From positions 192,136 to 256,135 of the forward strand of contig JAPOWW010000001.1 of assembly GCA_026707405.1 (NCBI GenBank): a DNA stretch of 64,000 nt, given 5' to 3'. A program made the position numbers and the translations under genes. The first letter of the stretch is position 1. Every line of letters starts with the position of its first letter. The notes below the pieces were generated by a model that was not told the DNA's origin, did not search any database, and was given only the letters and a program-made list of their open reading frames with translations. Shown one piece after another: positions 58,484 through 64,000 of the stretch. The DNA is from Chloroflexota bacterium (GTDB lineage: Bacteria; Chloroflexota; UBA11872; VXNJ01).

Positions 58484-59443
58484 ATGCTGAAGTACGCACT
58501 GCGACGAATTCTGGTCGTGTTTCCGACTCTTGTTGCGGCCTCGCTGATCATTTTCGCGCTCATTCGATTTGCGCCCGGTGATCCTGTTGACATCATGTAC
58601 GGACCCGCGGGGATGGGTCATTCGACCGCCACCATAAGTCAGGAGGCGCGAGACAAAGTCAGGGGGCAACTGGGCTTATTGGAGCCCCCTCCCATTCAAT
58701 ATGCAATCTGGCTCGGCAGAGTGGTGCGGCTCGATCTCGGCACCACGTTCAAAACTCGCCGACCGGTCGTTGATGAACTCGCCGAACGCCTGCCAACCAC
58801 AGCAAAACTGGCGTTCCTTTCGTTCGGTATTTTGCTGGTAACCGCTATTCCGCTTGGAGTCGTGTCGGCAGTAAATCAAGGCAAGGCGGCCGACCACGGC
58901 GTGCGGTTCGTCGCGCTGGTGTTTTCAGCGATGCCGAGTTTCTGGCTCGGCTTGCTGCTTCTGTACCTGCTCGGCGTTCAATGGGATGTCATCGACATTT
59001 CGGGGGGGTCCGAGCTCAAACATCTGATACTTCCCGCGGCCGTGATGGCGCTTGGTATCGTGCCTACGATTTCGAGGCTGCTGCGGGCAAGCCTGATCTC
59101 CGAGCTTGGTCAACTCTACATAGTATTTGCTCGCGCACAGGGGCTCTCCGATGGGGTGGTCCTCTGGCGACATGCGGTAAGAGTCGCGGTCCTGCCCATC
59201 ATGGCACTTCTGGGTCTCTATCTCGGCGGGGCTCTAGGAGGATCGGTGATCGTTGAGTCCATATTCTCGATACCCGGTGTCGGCAAATGGGTCCTGGACT
59301 CAATCCTCGGCCGCGATTTCCCGGTCGTACAAGCCTACATGCTGCTCGCCGTGGTCATCATTGCCACCGCCAACCTTGTTGTGGATTTGAGCTATGCGGT
59401 TCTCGATCCGCGAATCCGGTTTGGAGGGCGCCAGGTTGCTTAG
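58484..59443 (+). CDS. Peptide ABC transporter permease (DppB/OppB-like)
   Basis: MLKYALRRILVVFPTLV is the typical N-terminus. 6 TM helices and an EAA loop are present. Confidence 0.85.
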   Translation: MLKYALRRILVVFPTLVAASLIIFALIRFAPGDPVDIMYGPAGMGHSTATISQEARDKVRGQLGLLEPPPIQYAIWLGRVVRLDLGTTFKTRRPVVDELAERLPTTAKLAFLSFGILLVTAIPLGVVSAVNQGKAADHGVRFVALVFSAMPSFWLGLLLLYLLGVQWDVIDISGGSELKHLILPAAVMALGIVPTISRLLRASLISELGQLYIVFARAQGLSDGVVLWRHAVRVAVLPIMALLGLYLGGALGGSVIVESIFSIPGVGKWVLDSILGRDFPVVQAYMLLAVVIIATANLVVDLSYAVLDPRIRFGGRQVA

Positions 59444-60299
59444 GGTAGTGGCAGGTCCCCTGCTAAATCGATTTGCAGCTCGAACGAACTTCCTCATTGT
59501 CATAGGCGGGGCAGCGCTAGGACTAATACTCCTCGCGGTGTCGATAGGACCGTTGGTGATGCAAACTGACGCACTTTCGTTCGAGCGAGGCAAGGAGCTT
59601 CTGCCTCCATCGGCGGATCACTGGTTCGGTACGGATCGATTCGGTCGCGACTTCTTCGCCCGAGTCCTAGAGGGAGGCCGAGTTTCGTTGACCGCCGCAT
59701 TTATAGCCATGTCGCTGATCCTCGCGATAGGAATAACGCTCGGCGCCATCGCAGGGTATCTAGGTTCGTGGGTCGATGGAGCCGTCATGAGAATCGTGGA
59801 CGTTTTGCTCGCACTGCCGCCGTTTGTTGCGGCAATCGCAATTGCCGGGCTGTTCGGCACCGGGTTGCAGGTAATTCTCATCGGAGTCGTCACCCTCTGG
59901 TGGGCCTGGTATGCGCGAATTACCCGGGGAATCGTGCTGCAGGTCAAGGAACGACTTCACGTAGACGCCGCGAAGGCCGCGGGCGCGACGACATTTTCGA
60001 TCGTATTTCGCGAAATCGTGCCCCTGGCAGCCGGGCCGGTGATCGTGGTTGCAACGCTTGATCTGGGCAGTCTGATTCTCACCATAGCCGGCCTGTCGTT
60101 TCTCGGACTCGGAGAACAGCCGCCTAATCCGGAATGGGGAACGCTTCTGTCCGAGGGCCGAGCATATTTCCTAGTATCTCCCCACCTGACTTTGTTCCCG
60201 GGACTGATGATATTTCTTACGGTTCTGGCGCTGAACCTCCTTGGGGAAGGTCTCCATGAGCGCCTAGATCCATATAACCTAGCCGGCCGAGGGGGATAG
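59394..60299 (+). CDS. Peptide ABC transporter permease (DppC/OppC-like); the start is probably downstream of the listed one
   Basis: TM helices and an EAA loop (AAKAAGATTFSIVFREIVP) are present. The 50-nt overlap with the upstream permease suggests a later start codon. Confidence 0.8.
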   Translation: MRFSIRESGLEGARLLRVVAGPLLNRFAARTNFLIVIGGAALGLILLAVSIGPLVMQTDALSFERGKELLPPSADHWFGTDRFGRDFFARVLEGGRVSLTAAFIAMSLILAIGITLGAIAGYLGSWVDGAVMRIVDVLLALPPFVAAIAIAGLFGTGLQVILIGVVTLWWAWYARITRGIVLQVKERLHVDAAKAAGATTFSIVFREIVPLAAGPVIVVATLDLGSLILTIAGLSFLGLGEQPPNPEWGTLLSEGRAYFLVSPHLTLFPGLMIFLTVLALNLLGEGLHERLDPYNLAGRGG

Positions 60300-62336
60300 A
60301 TGGTCATGGAGACGCTAGCTACTTCCGGTTCGAATCTCGTCCGGCTTACCAACTTTTCCGTCGGTTATCCGACGAGCAATGGGGTTGTTCCGGCGCTGCG
60401 CGACATTTCCCTAGACATTTGCGAGGGAGAGTCGTTGGCGCTTGTCGGTGAGAGCGGGAGCGGCAAGAGCACCCTGGCCAGGGCGCTCATCGGCTTAGTT
60501 GAAGCTCCCGGCCGTGCCACCGGGGGAGAGATCGAGCTCGCCAGTTTAGGCAGATCGACAAGCGCTGACCGTCGGACGGGGGTTGCGGGCAAGATCATGA
60601 CCATGGTGCTCCAGGAGCCACGTGACTCGCTGAACCCCGTTTTGTCGATCGGAAGCCAGATGGGAATGGTGCTGGCCCGACGTGGAGTCCCCAGGCGGGA
60701 GCGTCGGTCAGCGGCGTCGGAGTTGCTGCGGAGCGTGCGACTCGAGGACGCGTCCCGAGTTCTTCGTTCGTATCCCTTTCAGCTCAGCGGAGGCATGTGC
60801 CAGCGAGTCGCGATCGCAATGGCGCTCGCGGGCCAAGCGAAGCTGCTGATTGCGGACGAGCCGACCACGGCGCTGGACGTCCGCGTGCAAGCCTCGATCC
60901 TACGGCTGCTCAGTGAGCTGCAGCGGGAACACGGGTTTGCGCTGCTGCTTGTATCCCATGATTTCGGCGTGGTTGCCGAGGTGTCGCAGACAGTGGCCGT
61001 AATGTATGCGGGACGGCTAGTCGAGTACGGTCCGACCACCGAGGTTCTGGGCAATCCGCGACACCCCTATACCGCCGCACTGCTAAACGCACGCCCGACT
61101 CTTGGGGCAGGATTGCCAATACGTCCGATCGGGCAGGCGCCCGATGCCGGCAAGGTCCACGATCAGTGCGCGTACATTCCGCGCTGCCAGCACGCGGACG
61201 CGCTGTGCTCGGAAAGCCCGCATCCGCTGCCGGACGGTAGCCTGTCTCACAGCGCGGCATGCTATCACCCAATCGAGTTCGTCGGTGAAAGGAGCGTGGA
61301 CGCAGCCGCCGCGCGGCAATCACCAGAGATTCCGAAGCTGCCGCTCAAGCCGGCAAAACTCCTTGAAGTTCGAGATCTAAACAAGCGATTCCGCGTGGGA
61401 GGAGCGCTCGGCAAGCAGAGCGTTCAGGCACTCACGGATGTGTCGCTAGACGTGTCTCCAGGTGAGATCGTCGGCATAGCCGGTGAAACGGGATGCGGGA
61501 AGTCCACGCTGGCCAAATGCGTTCTCGGCCTCGAATATCCCGATTCCGGCTCAATTCGGATCGATGGAGTCGATTTAACGAAATTGGGTAAATCCGAAGT
61601 ACGCAAATTACGGCGCCGAGTCCAGGCGGTATTTCAGGATGCCAGGGCGTCGATGAATCCGAATCGGAAGATAATCGACGTCGTGCAGGAGCCGTTGAGG
61701 AACTTCGGGATCGGCGATCGGCATGAACGGGCGGAACGGGCGCGAGAGATGCTCTCGCGAGTTGGACTTAGCGACGACCTCTTTGAGCGTTCGCCAGGGC
61801 AATTGAGTTCCGGTCAGTGCCAGCGCGCTGCGCTCGCTCGAGCGCTTGTCCTAAACCCCAGGCTTCTGATTTGCGACGAGCCGTTCTCGTCATTAGACCT
61901 GTCAGCGCAGGCTCAATTGATGCATTTGCTGAGTGATCTACAAGCGGAATACGGCTTCGGATTGCTTCTGATATCGCACGATCTGGCTGTACTGACATCG
62001 CTCGGCAGCCGCATCGTCGTAATGCTGGGGGGGAGGATCCTGGAGGTACTGCCGGCCGGGCAAACCGAGCATCGTATTGTTCACCCCTATACAGGTGCGC
62101 TCCTGCAATCCATCCCGGGGTTCAGCGGCAATGAGCGTCGTGTTGGTCGACCTCACTCTGCGGCCAAGAAGATTGAACTGTCAGGCTGCCCGTTCGTGTC
62201 GGATTGCGACCTGGCGATCGATCTGTGCGGCGAGGTTATGCCGGCCATGTCGACTACGGCGGCGGGCCACGAAATGGCCTGTCATCGCTCCGCTGACCTG
62301 CCGGACCTCCAACTCGTTTCGACAGCTCACCTCTGA
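60300..62336 (+). CDS. ABC transporter ATP-binding protein with two fused nucleotide-binding domains (DppD-DppF-like)
   Basis: There are two Walker A motifs (GESGSGKST and GETGCGKST) and two signature motifs (LSGGMCQRV and LSSGQCQRA). Cys-containing C-terminal oligopeptide-ATPase extensions are present. Confidence 0.9.
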   Translation: MVMETLATSGSNLVRLTNFSVGYPTSNGVVPALRDISLDICEGESLALVGESGSGKSTLARALIGLVEAPGRATGGEIELASLGRSTSADRRTGVAGKIMTMVLQEPRDSLNPVLSIGSQMGMVLARRGVPRRERRSAASELLRSVRLEDASRVLRSYPFQLSGGMCQRVAIAMALAGQAKLLIADEPTTALDVRVQASILRLLSELQREHGFALLLVSHDFGVVAEVSQTVAVMYAGRLVEYGPTTEVLGNPRHPYTAALLNARPTLGAGLPIRPIGQAPDAGKVHDQCAYIPRCQHADALCSESPHPLPDGSLSHSAACYHPIEFVGERSVDAAAARQSPEIPKLPLKPAKLLEVRDLNKRFRVGGALGKQSVQALTDVSLDVSPGEIVGIAGETGCGKSTLAKCVLGLEYPDSGSIRIDGVDLTKLGKSEVRKLRRRVQAVFQDARASMNPNRKIIDVVQEPLRNFGIGDRHERAERAREMLSRVGLSDDLFERSPGQLSSGQCQRAALARALVLNPRLLICDEPFSSLDLSAQAQLMHLLSDLQAEYGFGLLLISHDLAVLTSLGSRIVVMLGGRILEVLPAGQTEHRIVHPYTGALLQSIPGFSGNERRVGRPHSAAKKIELSGCPFVSDCDLAIDLCGEVMPAMSTTAAGHEMACHRSADLPDLQLVSTAHL

Positions 62337-62445
62337 AACAGCATCGGTCCGATCGAACCATTGCCGACGTTGTTCTCCGGTTGTAGCTGCTGATCAGCTT
62401 GGCGGGCCGTGCTAGAGTCGCCCGCGAGTCGGAAATCGGGAGCAC

Positions 62446-64000
62446 ATGAAGCCGCCAAATATTCTCTTTGCCTTCGCCGACGATTGGGGGCGATACGCCA
62501 GCGCCTACCGCCGGTATGAGGGCGATAACTCGCTCAACGCGCTCATCGACACTCCTACTTTCGACCGGATCGCTAGGGAGGGGGCGCTCTTCCTCAACGG
62601 CTTCGTTCCGGCTCCGAGCTGCACTCCTTGCCGGAGCTCGATCCTCTCTGGACGGTACTTCTGGCAAACGGGGATGGGAGCCATCTTGCAGGGGGCGGTG
62701 TGGGACGAGACGATTCCAACCTATCCCCTCATTCTCGAGGAGGCGGGCTACCACATTGGCTACACCTACAAGGTGTGGTCGCCGGGGCGCAATGTCAACG
62801 CGCCCTATGGCGGCGATAGAACCCAGTACGAACGAGAGGGCAAGCTGTTCAACTATTTCTCCCACGTCGTAACGGAGACAGCTCCCGAAGTGGGCGTCGA
62901 GGGAGCGAAGCAGATGCTGCTAGACGAGGTGCGGGGTAACTTCGACTCGTTCCTGGAAGCCAGACCCGAAGGCGCGCCGTTCTGCTACTGGTGGGGGACT
63001 ACCAACACCCACCGGACTTGGGAGCGCGGATCGGGGAAGGCGCTATGGGGAATCGAGCCGGACGACCTCGAAGGGCGACTTCCAGAGTTTCTCCCGGACG
63101 TGCACGAAGTGCGTGAAGACGTTGGCGACTATCTGGGCGAGTGCATGGCTGTAGACGCCGGACTTGAGGTGCTGGTCGAGCGTCTGGAGGCCATCGGCGA
63201 GCTTGACAACACTCTGATCGTAGTTAGCGGCGACCACGGCATCCCCGGATTCCCTCGCGCCAAATGTAACCTTTACGACATCGGCTGCGAGGTTGCCCTG
63301 GCCGCCCGCTGGCCGGGCCGCATACCGCCGGGGCGCGTGGTGGAGGACTTTGTGAACCTGATGGACCTGGCGCCGACGTTTCTAGAGGCGGCGGGCGTGG
63401 ACGGTCCTGACGGCGTGACGGCCACCAGCCTGATACCGGTACTCGAGAGCGATCGCAGCGGACAGGTCGATCCCGAAAGGACGGCGGTCGTCACGGGACG
63501 GGAGCGTCACGTGGCGGCGGCGCGGGAGGGGAACCTGCCCTATCCAATGCGGGCGATTCGCACCCGCGACTTCCTGTACATCCGTAACTTCGAGCCGGAC
63601 CGCTGGCCGTTGGGGGATCCCGGAGGACTAGACGACTTGGAAGCTGAAGCGCCTTCCCATGAGGACCTCTGCTGGGATACGCATGTGGTGCTAAAGGACC
63701 TGGACGCGGGGCCGACAAAGGCGTGGCTGGTGCTCAACCGCGCCCGCGAGGACGTGAAGCCGCTGTTCGAGGTAGCCATCGGAAAGCGCCCTCTCGAAGA
63801 GCTGTACGACCTTCGCATCGATCCCGACCATATGAACAACGTGGCCGACGATCCCGGCTACGCGGATATGCGCAAGGAGCTCGCCGGCAGACTGGAGGCC
63901 GTGCTTAGAGACAACGACGATCCCCGTGTGAATGAGTCGCCGTGCAGGTTCGAGCTGCCGCCGTTCGCAGCCCCGCCTGAGCGGCAGGGGCAAGAGCCGC
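62446..64000 (+). CDS. Cys-type sulfatase (third copy, different subfamily), 3'-truncated by the window edge
   Basis: It is absent from the ORF table because no stop codon falls inside the window. A manual translation from the ATG at 62446 is open to nt 64000. The motifs are NILFAFADDWG and PSCTPCRSSILSGRY (C-x-P-x-R). Confidence 0.8.
   Translation, partial: MKPPNILFAFADDWGRYASAYRRYEGDNSLNALIDTPTFDRIAREGALFLNGFVPAPSCTPCRSSILSGRYFWQTGMGAILQGAVWDETIPTYPLILEEAGYHIGYTYKVWSPGRNVNAPYGGDRTQYEREGKLFNYFSHVVTETAPEVGVEGAKQMLLDEVRGNFDSFLEARPEGAPFCYWWGTTNTHRTWERGSGKALWGIEPDDLEGRLPEFLPDVHEVREDVGDYLGECMAVDAGLEVLVERLEAIGELDNTLIVVSGDHGIPGFPRAKCNLYDIGCEVALAARWPGRIPPGRVVEDFVNLMDLAPTFLEAAGVDGPDGVTATSLIPVLESDRSGQVDPERTAVVTGRERHVAAAREGNLPYPMRAIRTRDFLYIRNFEPDRWPLGDPGGLDDLEAEAPSHEDLCWDTHVVLKDLDAGPTKAWLVLNRAREDVKPLFEVAIGKRPLEELYDLRIDPDHMNNVADDPGYADMRKELAGRLEAVLRDNDDPRVNESPCRFELPPFAAPPERQGQEP

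Noticed and set aside
1-64000. CRISPR arrays, rRNA genes, transposases or insertion-sequence inverted repeats
   Set aside because: No regularly spaced direct repeats, rRNA-like segments or transposase-like ORFs were detected anywhere in the window.

Overview
This is a high-GC (about 65%) bacterial chromosomal window, densely coding on both strands, with roughly 57 supportable genes. Identifications rest on motif-level reading of the supplied translations, not on database searches.

From 5' to 3' the window contains:
- a 5'-truncated transketolase-family gene and a peptide/amino-acid catabolism trio (M19 dipeptidase, MDR oxidoreductase, CocE/NonD hydrolase);
- a divergent queC-like / folM-like pteridine reductase / queD group;
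- the conserved secE-nusG-rplK-rplA-(L10 leader attenuator)-rplJ-rplL block;
- an envelope-glycan set (GT39/PMT-like glycosyltransferase, Wzx-type flippase, murJ, and the split ADP-heptose genes hldA/hldC), plus cysK, an L,D-transpeptidase and a CtaG-like assembly factor;
- a tight TCA supercluster (acnA, NAD-dependent icd, sucCD, sdhAB, mdh, fumC);
- an accessory-looking sulfatase-rich region holding three Cys-type sulfatases, a sugar ABC importer, two unrecognised proteins, a HIBADH-family reductase and an enolase-superfamily dehydratase;
- tRNA-Arg(TCT) followed by phnW-phnX, a frameshifted arylsulfotransferase-like gene, a PhyH-family dioxygenase, a frameshifted alpha/alpha-toroid repeat protein and a Dpp-type peptide ABC transporter.

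The most notable observations are:
- The SdhA-like flavoprotein lacks the covalent-FAD histidine, its FeS partner has lost two of the three [3Fe-4S] cysteines, and no membrane-anchor genes are nearby. This suggests a soluble, non-quinone succinate/fumarate oxidoreductase.
- The sulfatase locus, with its two unknown proteins and inverted paralogous sulfatases, is a candidate sulfated-glycan catabolic module.
- Both frameshifts fall at homopolymer runs (C4 and G5).
- Tandem-repeat V/E/K-rich tether segments occur in both substrate-binding lipoproteins.

No CRISPR array, rRNA, transposase or integrase was seen.
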